A stretch of DNA of 64,000 nucleotides from Winogradskyella sp. (GCF_025210595.1 NZ_JAOARH010000048.1:612-64611), one strand, 5' to 3'; counted from the first letter of the stretch, positions 18,990 through 29,074 are shown. The notes: generated from the letters alone by a model not told the origin. Program-made: numbers and translations.

Positions 18990-20249
18990 TTATTCTCCCA
19001 TCGCTGCAATTAATGCAGCCGACATTCTTTTATAAGTTCCGTTTTCAAGTCTATCTCTAATAGCATCAAAAGCGTCTAATGTTTCCTTTACATCTTCTAA
19101 TGTATGCGTAGCTGTAGGAATCATTCTTAGCAAAATTAATCCTTTAGGTATTACAGGATAAACTACTATAGAACAGAATATTCCGTGATTCTCTCTTAAA
19201 TCTTTAACTAAAGCCATTGCTTCAGGAATGCTACCTTTTAAATATACAGGAGTAACACAACTTTGCGTTGTTCCTATATCAAAACCACGCTCTTTTAAAC
19301 CAGATTGCAATGCATTAACTATAGTCCAAAGGTTTTTCTTAAGCTCTGGCATAGTACGCAACATATCTAAACGCTTTAGTGCACCTACTACTAATTGCAT
19401 CTGCAAAGATTTGGCAAACATTTGCGATCTTAGATTGTATTTTAAGTAATCTATTATTTCTTGATCACCAGCAATAAAAGCACCAGTACTAGCCATAGAC
19501 TTTGCAAAAGTTGCGAAGTAAACATCTATATCGTCTTGCACACCTTGTTCCTCTCCTGCACCTGCACCAGTTTCACCTAATGTACCAAAACCATGAGCAT
19601 CATCTACAAACAATCTAAAATTAAATTTCTTCTTAAGCGCAACAATTTCTTTTAAACGTCCTTGTTCGCCTCGCATACCAAAAACACCTTCAGAAATTAC
19701 TAAAATACCACCTCCTGTTTGCTCTGCCATTTTGGTAGCACGCTCTAAGTTCTTTTCTAAACTATCTACATCATTATGCTTATATGTAAAACGCTTACCC
19801 ATGTGCAAACGTACTCCGTCAATAATACAAGCATGAGCATCCACATCATAAACAATGATATCATCTTTTGAAACCAATGCATCTATTGTAGACACCATAC
19901 CTTGGTATCCAAAATTTAGAAGGTAAGCAGCTTCTTTGTTTACAAACTCTGCTAATTCATTTTGTAATTGCTCGTGTAAATCTGTATGACCAGACATCAT
20001 ACGAGCACCCATTGGATAAGCAGATCCGTATTGTGCGGCTGCTTCAGCATCAACTTTTCTTACTTCGGGATGATTAGCTAAGCCTAAATAATCGTTAATA
20101 CTCCATGTAATTACTTCTTTTCCTTGAAATTTCATTCTATTTGAAATCTCTCCTTCTAACTTGGGAAATACAAAGTAACCTTCTGCTTGTGCAGCCCATT
20201 TTCCTAACGGTCCTTTATCTCTGTAAATCTTTTCAAATAAATCCTTCAT
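18990..20249 (-). CDS. alpha-oxoamine synthase family PLP enzyme (Kbl / AONS / serine-palmitoyltransferase-like)
   Basis: 419 aa with SINDYLGLANHP, DDAHGFG and FAKSMAS (PLP-Lys region). Confidence 0.8.
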   Translation of the reverse strand: MKDLFEKIYRDKGPLGKWAAQAEGYFVFPKLEGEISNRMKFQGKEVITWSINDYLGLANHPEVRKVDAEAAAQYGSAYPMGARMMSGHTDLHEQLQNELAEFVNKEAAYLLNFGYQGMVSTIDALVSKDDIIVYDVDAHACIIDGVRLHMGKRFTYKHNDVDSLEKNLERATKMAEQTGGGILVISEGVFGMRGEQGRLKEIVALKKKFNFRLFVDDAHGFGTLGETGAGAGEEQGVQDDIDVYFATFAKSMASTGAFIAGDQEIIDYLKYNLRSQMFAKSLQMQLVVGALKRLDMLRTMPELKKNLWTIVNALQSGLKERGFDIGTTQSCVTPVYLKGSIPEAMALVKDLRENHGIFCSIVVYPVIPKGLILLRMIPTATHTLEDVKETLDAFDAIRDRLENGTYKRMSAALIAAMGE

Positions 20250-20401
20250 ACGTTGCGTTTGCCATTAATCTAAAATCTATTTCACAAAAAAACAGAATAG
20301 ATTGTAGTTATAATTTAGTTTTGTTAGTGTCAGCAAAATTAGGCATTATTATTATGACTGCATAATAATATTTTATCTAACTATTCACTAAGTTTTAAAC
20401 A

Positions 20402-20428
20402 TAAAAAAGCCTACCATATTGGCAGGCT
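20402..20428 (-). terminator. rho-independent terminator of the CBS-like gene
   Basis: The minus-strand RNA reads GCCUGCCA-auau-UGGUAGGC (one G-U pair), followed by UUUUUU. Confidence 0.65.
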
Positions 20429-20448
20429 AAATACTTAATATTTTATTA

Positions 20449-21486
20449 TTATTTTATATACTCAATGGTTGTAGAAACTTCATTTTTAACATCAAAAAAG
20501 CCTTGATCTGCCATCCATTTATCGCTATAAATTTTACTCATGTATCTAGAGCCATGATCTGGAAAAACAACAACGACCTTGTCTGTTGGCTTAAATTCAC
20601 CTTCTTCATTAAGTTGTTTTAAAGCTTGCATAGCTGCTCCACTAGTGTAACCAACAAAAAGCCCTTCGGTATTTGAGATCTCTCTTGCAGTATGTGCACT
20701 TTCTTCATCTGTAACTTTAACAAATCTATCAATAAGATCAAAATCTGTTGCTGTTGGTATTAAATTTTTACCTAAACCTTCTATTCTGTATGGGTAAATT
20801 TCTTTATCATCAAACTCTCTTGTTTCATGATATTTTTTTAATACTGAACCATACGCATCTACACCAATAATATTCACATTCTGGTTTTGTTCTTTTAAAT
20901 ACTTAGCTATACCAGAAATTGTACCACCTGTTCCACTACATGCTATTAAATGCGTTATTTCACCATTGGTTTGATTCCAGATTTCTGGTCCTGTAGTATT
21001 GTAATGTGCATCTATATTTAATTGGTTAAAATATTGATTGATATATACTGAACCTTTAATTTCTTCGTGAAGACGCTTAGCTACTTGGTAGTAAGATCTT
21101 GGATCATCTGCATTAACATGAGCTGGGCAAACATATACCTTAGCTCCCATAGATCTTAACATATCTATTTTATCTGCGGAAGATTTAGAACTTACTGCTA
21201 AAATACACTCATAGCCTTTAATGATACTAACCATGGCAACACTAAATCCTGTATTACCAGAAGTTGTTTCAATAATGGTATCGCCAGGCGTTAAAATACC
21301 TTGGCGTTCTGCTTCTTCTATAATGTGTAATGCAATTCTGTCTTTTGAAGAGTGACCTGGATTAAATGCTTCTACTTTAGCATAAAAGTCGCCATCGAAG
21401 TTGGCTGTCATTCTGTTTAACTTGATAAGAGGTGTATTACCTATAATTTGTAATACATTATCAAATACATTTTTGCTTTTGTCCAT
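20449..21486 (-). CDS. PLP-dependent cysteine synthase / cystathionine beta-synthase family enzyme (no CBS regulatory domains)
   Basis: [12 protein letters not shown] (PLP-Lys), TSGNTGFS and SGTGGTISG motifs; 345 aa. Confidence 0.8.
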   Translation of the reverse strand: MDKSKNVFDNVLQIIGNTPLIKLNRMTANFDGDFYAKVEAFNPGHSSKDRIALHIIEEAERQGILTPGDTIIETTSGNTGFSVAMVSIIKGYECILAVSSKSSADKIDMLRSMGAKVYVCPAHVNADDPRSYYQVAKRLHEEIKGSVYINQYFNQLNIDAHYNTTGPEIWNQTNGEITHLIACSGTGGTISGIAKYLKEQNQNVNIIGVDAYGSVLKKYHETREFDDKEIYPYRIEGLGKNLIPTATDFDLIDRFVKVTDEESAHTAREISNTEGLFVGYTSGAAMQALKQLNEEGEFKPTDKVVVVFPDHGSRYMSKIYSDKWMADQGFFDVKNEVSTTIEYIK

Positions 21487-21553
21487 AAATGCTATTTAAC
21501 AAGTGTGATAAACACACTTTAAAACCTCGCAAAATTAATACTTTTTTTTTAAA

Positions 21554-23617
21554 TCAACTTGAAATACCTTCTAAATCTAATAGAAAAGCAAATTCTTCTG
21601 CGTCTTCTTTAATGCTTTCAAAACGACCAGAAGCACCACCATGTCCTGCATCCATATTAGTTTTTAAATAAAGTTTATTAGAATCGGTCTTCATTTCTCT
21701 TAATTTTGCAACCCACTTAGCGGGTTCCCAATATTGTACCTGAGAATCGTGCAAACCTGCTGTAACCAGCATATTTGGATAATCCTTTTCTTGTATATTA
21801 TCATATGGTGAATAAGACTTCATATAGTTATAAAACTCTTTTTCATTAGGATTTCCCCATTCATCATACTCGCCTGTTGTTAGTGGAATTGAATCATCTA
21901 GCATTGTCGTTACCACATCTACAAAAGGAACTGCTGCCACTACCCCATTATATAACTCTGGAGCTTTGTTAATTATTGCTCCCATTAATAAACCACCAGC
22001 GCTTCCTCCCATTGCATAAAGATGCATAGAAGACGTGTATTTTTTGCTAATTAAATGCTTAGAACAAGCTATAAAATCAGTAAATGTATTCTTCTTCTTT
22101 AATAGTTTTCCTTCCTCATACCATTGACGACCTAAATATTCACCACCTCGTATATGTGCAATAACATAAATAAAACCTCTATCGAGCAAACTTAATCTAA
22201 TGGTTGAAAAATATGGGTCTACAGTAGAGCCATAACTTCCGTAAGCGTATTGTAACAACGGATTGCTTCCATCTTTTTTTATACCTTTCTTATAGACTAA
22301 AGACATTGGGATTTTTGTACCATCTTCTGCTTTTGCCCAAATACGTTCTGATGCATAATTATCTTTATTAAATTTTCCACCTAAAACTTCTTGCTCTTTT
22401 AAAACTGTTTTAGTTTTTGTACGCATATTAAATTCAATAACAGAAGAAGGTGTTGTTAGAGAATTATAACCATATCGTAATAATTCAGTATCAAAATCTA
22501 CATTTGTACTTGTGTAAGCTGTATAGGTTTCATTATCGAAGGGCAAGTAATAATCTTCTGTATTATCCCAACGCATAATTCTTATTTTATTAAGCCCATT
22601 ATCGCGCTCGCTCACTACTAAATAATCCTTAAAAATATCTATATTTTCAATAAGAACATGCTCTCTATGCTCCATTACTTCTTCCCAGTTTTTCATAGTT
22701 CTATCGTTCTCTGGGCATTTCATTAGCTTAAAATTGATGGCTTTATCTTTATTGGTTAGAATATAGAAACAACCATTATAATGAGCTATACTATATTCTA
22801 ATCCTCTTACACGTGGTTGAAAGACTTCAAATTTATCATCAGGATTGTTAGCGTTAAGTATATGATATTCGTTTGTTAAAGTGCTGTAACATGCTATTAT
22901 AATATACTTTCTAGATTTAGACTTATAAACTGCGGTGCCAAAAGTATCATCCTTTTCTTCAAACACAAGCTCATCTTCTTTCTTCTCACCTAATTTGTGC
23001 TTATAGATTTGATAAGCTCTAAGTGTAATTTCATCCTTTTTGGTATAAAACAATGTTTTATTATCATTAGCCCAACTCGATGAACCTGTTGTATTATCAA
23101 TTCTATCTGTTGCTACTTTATGCGTCTTTGTATCTTTAATGTAGATAGTATATTGTCTTCTTCCACTAGTATCTATTCCATAAGACACCAATTTATTATC
23201 TGGACTTATACTAATACCTACTAATTTAAAATAACTATGATCTTTAGCCATTTCATTACAGTCGAATAAAAGCTCTTCAGGATTATCAAGGGTGTCTTTT
23301 TTTCTGGAATAAATAGGATAATCCTTGCCTTTTTCAAACTTGGTGATGTACCAATAACCATTATACTTGTATGGTACTGAGGAATCATCTTCTTTAATTC
23401 TGGCTTTCATTTCTTCAAATAAATCTTTCTGAAAGACTTTTGTATGAACCATTTGAGAATCGCAATAAGAATTCTCAGCATTAAGATATTCAATTACGTC
23501 TGGTTGATCTCTATCATTCATCCAGAAATAATTATCTATTCTAATATCATTGTGTTTTTCTAATTGATGTGGAATCTTTTTTGCAGATGGTGGGTTATCG
23601 CTTAAGGTCTTTGCCAT
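21554..23617 (-). CDS. ptrB: S9 family serine peptidase, oligopeptidase B-like
   Basis: 687 aa with an N-terminal beta-propeller. The catalytic domain carries GGSAGGLL (Ser), a later Asp, and GHGG (His). Confidence 0.8.
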   Translation of the reverse strand: MAKTLSDNPPSAKKIPHQLEKHNDIRIDNYFWMNDRDQPDVIEYLNAENSYCDSQMVHTKVFQKDLFEEMKARIKEDDSSVPYKYNGYWYITKFEKGKDYPIYSRKKDTLDNPEELLFDCNEMAKDHSYFKLVGISISPDNKLVSYGIDTSGRRQYTIYIKDTKTHKVATDRIDNTTGSSSWANDNKTLFYTKKDEITLRAYQIYKHKLGEKKEDELVFEEKDDTFGTAVYKSKSRKYIIIACYSTLTNEYHILNANNPDDKFEVFQPRVRGLEYSIAHYNGCFYILTNKDKAINFKLMKCPENDRTMKNWEEVMEHREHVLIENIDIFKDYLVVSERDNGLNKIRIMRWDNTEDYYLPFDNETYTAYTSTNVDFDTELLRYGYNSLTTPSSVIEFNMRTKTKTVLKEQEVLGGKFNKDNYASERIWAKAEDGTKIPMSLVYKKGIKKDGSNPLLQYAYGSYGSTVDPYFSTIRLSLLDRGFIYVIAHIRGGEYLGRQWYEEGKLLKKKNTFTDFIACSKHLISKKYTSSMHLYAMGGSAGGLLMGAIINKAPELYNGVVAAVPFVDVVTTMLDDSIPLTTGEYDEWGNPNEKEFYNYMKSYSPYDNIQEKDYPNMLVTAGLHDSQVQYWEPAKWVAKLREMKTDSNKLYLKTNMDAGHGGASGRFESIKEDAEEFAFLLDLEGISS

Positions 23618-23659
23618 GTGTTTTATGAAAAATTTAATCTGAAAAGTGGCGCAATTTAC

Positions 23660-23667
23660 TAATTTTG
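23660..23667 (+). promoter_or_regulatory. -7 box TAnnTTTG upstream of ybaB
   Basis: TAATTTTG lies 28 nt upstream of the ATG at 23696. Confidence 0.4.
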
Positions 23668-23695
23668 CTTTGTAATTTTTAAAAAGATAAAATAT

Positions 23696-24019
23696 ATGTT
23701 TGGAGATATGATGGGCATGATGGGTAAATTAAAAGAAGCTCAGAAAAAAGTTGAAGAAACTAAAGAACGCCTTAATACTGTACTAATTGATGAAGCTAGT
23801 AGTGATAATAAACTTAAAGTGACTATTACTGCCAATAGAACACTTAAATCAATTACTATTGATGATGAATTGTTACAAGACAAAGAAATGCTAGAAGACT
23901 ATTTAATTCTTACCCTAAATAAAGCTATAGAAAAAGCCACAAGTGTTAACGAGTCTGAAATTGCTGCTGTTGCAAAAGAAGGTATGCCTAACATTCCTGG
24001 TATGGATATGTTTAAGTAA
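23696..24019 (+). CDS. ybaB: YbaB/EbfC family nucleoid-associated protein
   Basis: 107 aa. [18 protein letters not shown]... is typical of the family. Confidence 0.8.
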   Translation: MFGDMMGMMGKLKEAQKKVEETKERLNTVLIDEASSDNKLKVTITANRTLKSITIDDELLQDKEMLEDYLILTLNKAIEKATSVNESEIAAVAKEGMPNIPGMDMFK

Positions 24020-24025
24020 TAATTA

Positions 24026-25045
24026 TTATAACTTATTAAGTATATCTAATAATATTTCATGCTTATTATTGTCATAATCTAGATGTGTTACCATTCTTAG
24101 CTTATTGCTTCCCATGCCAATAATAAGTATGTTTTTTTCTTTGAGTTGATTTAAAAAATCTATCTCATTTATATTATTATTCAATTCAAAAATAACGATA
24201 TTAGTTTCTATAGGCTCTACTGTTTTTATAAACGACAATTTAGATAAAACATCTCCTATTTCTTTCGCCTTTTTATGATCTTCGTTAAGTCGTTCTATGT
24301 GATTATCTAAAGCATAAAGTCCTGCTGCAGCCAAATAACCTACTTGTCGCATTCCACCACCAAGAATTTTCCTAACACGTAATGCCCCTTTCATTAACTC
24401 TTTTTTTCCTAAAAGAACAGAGCCCACAGGACACCCTAAGCCTTTGCTTAAGCATACTGAGATTGTATCAAACAGCTCACCATATTGCTTAGGATTTTCA
24501 TTTTTAGCAATAAAAGCATTCCATAATCTTGCTCCATCTAAATGATAGCCTAAATTATGTTTATTGGCTACTTCTCTAATTCGTTTTAGCTCATCAAAAT
24601 CCCAACAAGCACCTCCTCCTTTGTTTGTTGTATTTTCAATAGCAATTAATGATGTTAATGGACTATGATAAAAATCTGGCGGATTAATTGCTTCCTCTGC
24701 TTGCTTTGCTGTAAACATGCCTCTATGACCATCAATTAGCTTACACGATATCCCACTATTAAATGATGCTCCTCCTCCTTCATAGTTATATATATGCGCA
24801 TATTTATCACAAATTACTTGTTCACCTGGATTAGTGTGTAGTTTTAAAGCTGCTTGATTAGCCATACTTCCAGTAGGAAAAAACAAAGCTTCATCTACAC
24901 CAAACATCTTTGCTAGTCGCTTTTCTAAAGCATTAATAGATGGGTCTTCTTTATAAACATCATCACCAACTTCTGCAGATAGCATGGCATCTAACATGCC
25001 TTTTGTTGGCTTAGTTACTGTATCACTTCTTAAATCTATAATCAT
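24026..25045 (-). CDS. ltaE: low-specificity L-threonine aldolase
   Basis: DLRSDTVTKPT...VGDDVY.EDP...FPTGSMANQ is the N-terminal signature. Confidence 0.8.
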   Translation of the reverse strand: MIIDLRSDTVTKPTKGMLDAMLSAEVGDDVYKEDPSINALEKRLAKMFGVDEALFFPTGSMANQAALKLHTNPGEQVICDKYAHIYNYEGGGASFNSGISCKLIDGHRGMFTAKQAEEAINPPDFYHSPLTSLIAIENTTNKGGGACWDFDELKRIREVANKHNLGYHLDGARLWNAFIAKNENPKQYGELFDTISVCLSKGLGCPVGSVLLGKKELMKGALRVRKILGGGMRQVGYLAAAGLYALDNHIERLNEDHKKAKEIGDVLSKLSFIKTVEPIETNIVIFELNNNINEIDFLNQLKEKNILIIGMGSNKLRMVTHLDYDNNKHEILLDILNKL

Positions 25046-25088
25046 AGTTATCCAATCAATAGGCTAAAAGTAATACAAACTACTATAA

Positions 25089-26255
25089 TTAGAACTTATT
25101 CTTAAAAACTTTTGTAGCTATAATATTATTAGTTCTCCAGAAAAATTTACACAGCAACACTAAAGGATCTTTAAGAATAAATCGCAATGGTGTATGCTTT
25201 TTAACGAAACTAATTTTAAAAATAAAGAAAGGATTATGTATTAGTTTTTTCATTAAAGCTTTAAGATGTAGAAAAGTACCTTCTTTTACTTTATTAAACT
25301 CAATCTTTTGATGATTTGAAGATAAATAATATAAATACGGGAAGTTTACACCTGCTAAAGCAGAAGCCTCTGTATTTAACCAAAACCTTGGGTTAATTTC
25401 AATAACTTTATAATCTTGAGTTTTTTTATCAAATCTAAAATCTATATTAGCAACACCAGACCAATTCAAACTCTTCATTAAACTTTTCATTAATTTCAAC
25501 AGAGCTTCATCTTCAAAAAAAACAAACTCATGCTGAGGTGCTACTTTACAATATTTATCTTCAGATGTTTTTTGCATTGTATAAGCTTGAATTTCTCCAT
25601 TACAGCACAAAACATTACAAGTTACATCATACCCATCTATAAATTCTTGTAGTAAGATGTTCTCACAATTATTGTTTATTTGTTTGTACTCTGTAAGCTC
25701 CTTTTCATTATTTATATACATTACTCCCATACCTCCATTAAACCCAAAGGTTGGTTTTGCAATTAAAGGATAGTCTAACTCAACATCATTTCTAGCTTTT
25801 GAATCTATAATAATGCTCTTCGGACTTGGCAAACCATTAGATTTAAGGTGTAAATACAACAAATCTTTATGCAACGCTTTATTAAAATCTGAAAGCTCTG
25901 GTAATAAAGCAAGCTTAGATTTGTTTACAAGAAACTGCTTGTTTTCTAAAATTCGCTTAGCACTTACATCAAAAATTGGCATTATAACATCTATATCATA
26001 ATCATTAACAATTGTGTCTATCTTTTGTATCCATGTTTCATCACTTTTCGGTGAATAATAAATAAACTTATCAATAAACCTCGAATATTTAAAACAATTA
26101 TTATTAAGAGAAAACTTAAAGTATTTACCCTTGTGAGAAGACAACACATAAACTTTAATCTTTTTTATAAGTGATAAACTATAAACCACATTAGACAGCA
26201 AAGTAGATTCGCCATCTGGAATTAAAACAGATATAGTATTATGATTATATTTCAT
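25089..26255 (-). CDS. ATP-grasp domain protein (carboxylate-amine ligase type), substrate unknown
   Basis: YPLIAKPTFGFNGGMGV, LLQEFIDGYD and IEINPRFW are ATP-grasp core motifs. The gene is AT-rich with Asn/Lys/Ile-rich coding. Confidence 0.7.
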   Translation of the reverse strand: MKYNHNTISVLIPDGESTLLSNVVYSLSLIKKIKVYVLSSHKGKYFKFSLNNNCFKYSRFIDKFIYYSPKSDETWIQKIDTIVNDYDIDVIMPIFDVSAKRILENKQFLVNKSKLALLPELSDFNKALHKDLLYLHLKSNGLPSPKSIIIDSKARNDVELDYPLIAKPTFGFNGGMGVMYINNEKELTEYKQINNNCENILLQEFIDGYDVTCNVLCCNGEIQAYTMQKTSEDKYCKVAPQHEFVFFEDEALLKLMKSLMKSLNWSGVANIDFRFDKKTQDYKVIEINPRFWLNTEASALAGVNFPYLYYLSSNHQKIEFNKVKEGTFLHLKALMKKLIHNPFFIFKISFVKKHTPLRFILKDPLVLLCKFFWRTNNIIATKVFKNKF

Positions 26256-26564
26256 TTAATTTGGGTGTAGAAGCATCAATTACTTTCAACTTCTCTTATT
26301 AAGCACATCAAAAGTAAATACATTAGAAATCAATCAAAAGTTTCTTCGATTAATTGAGCACTTATCTAGACCACTTATTTAAAACATCAAAAATAGTACG
26401 AAAATTCTTTGTAGAATAACTCTAACACCCTTATAACGATAGAATATGACTTTCGTCTATTAATCTAAAAAAAAACATGTTTCAACAACTTTTTAACGAG
26501 ATAACAATTATAACAAATACTTTTACAGCATTATTAAAATGCTATTAACCTTTAATTTAAAATT

Positions 26565-27755
26565 ATGAAACAATTTACTAAATTGTCATTACTGTTAGTG
26601 CTTATAATCTTTGCGTCTTGCCAAAGCGAAAGCACTCAAGACAATGGCGAACAACAACAAGCCGAATTAAGATTTGACGAAAGAGGCATGGTTGTATCTG
26701 ATGGTGAAGAAGACAAAGAATTAACCTTTAACGGAAAAAGCGAAGAGCTAGCAACATCATTCACTGTAGCTCAAAGAGGTGGTGGTCACCATGGTGGTGA
26801 TAACGGAAATGACGATTATTCAGATTGTACTCCAGATTTACTTGATACTGGTTACAACACAACTGTAAACATTGAAGTTATAGATAAGCCTGGTACAAAT
26901 GGCTACTTTGACATTTCAATTGATGGTGCTGATATTGTACAAGCGTACTGTTCTGATAGATTACCTAGCCTTGGTGCTGATGATGATTTCATTGATTTTA
27001 CAGTAATTTCTAGTTATGATACGGCTATTTTAGCTGGTGGAGCTTTTGAAGATGTTTATACAAACCCTCAAAATTTTGACAAAGTAAACTGGATATTAAA
27101 CAACATTGATATCAGTGCAGAATCTCAGTACAAATATGGTCATGTACAGTATGCTATTTGGAAACTTATTGAAGGTCCATATAATAATGACTTTACAGAC
27201 TTTTTAACTCCTATCCCAGGTGATTGGAATAAAGTTATCGATAATGCTTTAGGTGATGAAATCTATGATGCTGCTGTAGCAAATGGTGAAGGATACACAC
27301 CTGGTTGTGGTGAAAAAGTAGGTTTACTTCTTATTCCTGCAGATTATCACAATGTACAAGCTTTATTAATCTCTAAAGAGATTCCTGCACCAGAATGTAA
27401 TGATTGTGTTGGAAAGGTAAACCAAATTACATTTAAGTGGGACTGGCCAAACGATTACAGAGTTAGATTATATCAACGTCATGAGAATACTTGCTACGCT
27501 ACTAAGATATTTGATGGTGTTGTAGGTTTAGATGACGAAATGTCTGTAAGTGGTGCTAATTCAAATGGTACTTTTGGTAAGTGGATTTACGTTTACGTAG
27601 GTAACTGCTACTACACTAAGTTTAAAACTAACTGTCACTTAAACATAGGACCAGGCTATAAGCGTGGTGTTGTAGAAGTAGTTAGCGGAACAAGTACTTT
27701 AGGTGGAGAATTATGTGAGTATGAGCCGCCAACATACTGGTGCTGGTGGTGGTAA
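26565..27755 (+). CDS. Cys-rich surface lipoprotein candidate with thioester-domain-like motifs, ending in WCWWW
   Basis: Lipobox IFASC followed by acidic residues. AYCSD (Cys129) and KVNWILNN...HVQYAIWKL (Gln195) resemble the TED YC / TQxAIW motifs. The C-terminal beta-domain ends NCHLNIGPG...EPPTYWCWWW. Confidence 0.7.
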   Translation: MKQFTKLSLLLVLIIFASCQSESTQDNGEQQQAELRFDERGMVVSDGEEDKELTFNGKSEELATSFTVAQRGGGHHGGDNGNDDYSDCTPDLLDTGYNTTVNIEVIDKPGTNGYFDISIDGADIVQAYCSDRLPSLGADDDFIDFTVISSYDTAILAGGAFEDVYTNPQNFDKVNWILNNIDISAESQYKYGHVQYAIWKLIEGPYNNDFTDFLTPIPGDWNKVIDNALGDEIYDAAVANGEGYTPGCGEKVGLLLIPADYHNVQALLISKEIPAPECNDCVGKVNQITFKWDWPNDYRVRLYQRHENTCYATKIFDGVVGLDDEMSVSGANSNGTFGKWIYVYVGNCYYTKFKTNCHLNIGPGYKRGVVEVVSGTSTLGGELCEYEPPTYWCWWW

Positions 27756-27786
27756 TCAGTAACTGATACTCTTACATAGAATGATT

Positions 27787-27827
27787 AAAAACCGCTTAAA
27801 TTATTTATTAAGCGGTTTTCTTTTTTT
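27787..27827 (+). terminator. rho-independent terminator
   Basis: AAAACCGCTTAA-attatttat-TTAAGCGGTTTT, followed by CTTTTTTT. Confidence 0.8.
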
Positions 27828-27938
27828 AATAAAACCTATTCTTTATAGAAGAACTTATCATTTTTACATACTATTTTTAATTACTGGATAATTTTCTTTC
27901 ATTTCGTATTAGAAAATTTTCAAACTAAAAAAATCATG

Positions 27939-27946
27939 TACTTTTG
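27939..27946 (+). promoter_or_regulatory. -7 box TAnnTTTG upstream of prfB
   Basis: TACTTTTG lies 17 nt upstream of the ATG at 27964. Confidence 0.4.
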
Positions 27947-27963
27947 CAAAAACACTAAAATTT

Positions 27964-29074
27964 ATGATAACATCAGATCAAATAAAAGATCTTAACTCCC
28001 GTCTAGACATACTTAGACAGTATCTTTGACTTAGACGCAAAACTCATAGAAATCACTAACGAAGAGGAACAAACTTTCGATCCTAATTTCTGGAATGACT
28101 CTAAAAAAGCCGAACAGATTATGAAATCTATTCGTGAGAAAAAAAGTTGGGTCAATGATTATAATACTGCCAAATCATTTTATGAAGATTTAGAAGTCAT
28201 TTATGAGTTCTACAAAGAAGATGAAGCACCTCTCGAGAATGTAGAAGCTCATTTTGAAAAGGCTATAAATGCTATTGAAAAACTCGAATTTAAAAACATG
28301 CTATCAGAAGAAGGTGATAATCTTAGTGCAGTCTTACAAATTACAGCCGGAGCTGGAGGAACCGAATCTTGCGATTGGGCAAGCATGCTAATGCGTATGT
28401 ATTTAATGTATGCTGAGAAAAACGGTTTTAAAGTAAAAGAGCTCAACCATCAAGAAGGTGATGTTGCTGGTATAAAAACAGTAACTCTAGAGATTGAAGG
28501 TGACTATGCCTTTGGTTGGCTAAAGGGTGAAAATGGCGTTCACCGTTTAGTGAGAATCTCCCCTTTTGACAGTAATGCCAAACGTCACACCAGTTTTGCT
28601 TCGGTTTACGTTTATCCAATGGTAGACGATTCTATAGAAATCGAAATTAACCCTTCAGACTTAGAAATCACAACAGCACGTTCTAGTGGTGCAGGTGGAC
28701 AAAATGTAAATAAAGTTGAAACTAAAGTTCAGCTTTTGCATAAGCCCACAGGTATTCAAATTCAATGTTCTGAAACTAGATCGCAACACGATAACCGTGC
28801 TAGAGCATTACAAATGCTTAAATCGCAATTGTACGAAATCGAGTTACAAAAACAAATGGCACAACGCGACGATATTGAAGCTGGTAAAATGAAAATTGAA
28901 TGGGGAAGCCAAATTAGGAACTACGTAATGCACCCATACAAGCTTGTAAAAGACGTACGTACAGCTCACGAAACTGGCAATGTAGATGCCGTTATGGATG
29001 GCGGTTTAGAACCTTTTTTAAAGTCATATCTTATGATGATGGGACAAAAAGAAGAAAACTCAGAACAGCTTTAA
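27964..29074 (+). CDS. prfB: peptide chain release factor 2, expressed through a programmed +1 frameshift
   Basis: Frame 0 reads [21 protein letters not shown] and stops at TGA 28027-28029. Frame +1 from GAC 28028 is continuous with track ORF 28121..29074, which carries the SPF and GGQ motifs ([16 protein letters not shown]). Confidence 0.9.
28024..28030 (+). promoter_or_regulatory. RF2 autoregulatory +1 frameshift site CTT TGA C
   Basis: The exact canonical heptamer is present. The upstream sequence is CTTAGACAGTAT rather than a strong Shine-Dalgarno-like AGGGGG. Confidence 0.85.

Noticed and set aside
26477-26548. 23-codon ORF (MFQQLFNEITIITNTFTALLKCY) between the ATP-grasp gene and the lipoprotein gene, considered as a possible RiPP precursor
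   Set aside because: It is on the opposite strand from the ATP-grasp gene and has no Asp/Glu/Thr/Ser-rich core expected for graspetides. An ORF this short is expected by chance in AT-rich DNA.
28121-29074. Track ORF as a stand-alone 317-aa RF2 starting at MKSIREKK
   Set aside because: It lacks the conserved RF2 N-terminus. The upstream frame 27964-28029 plus the CTT TGA C frameshift site explains the full-length protein.
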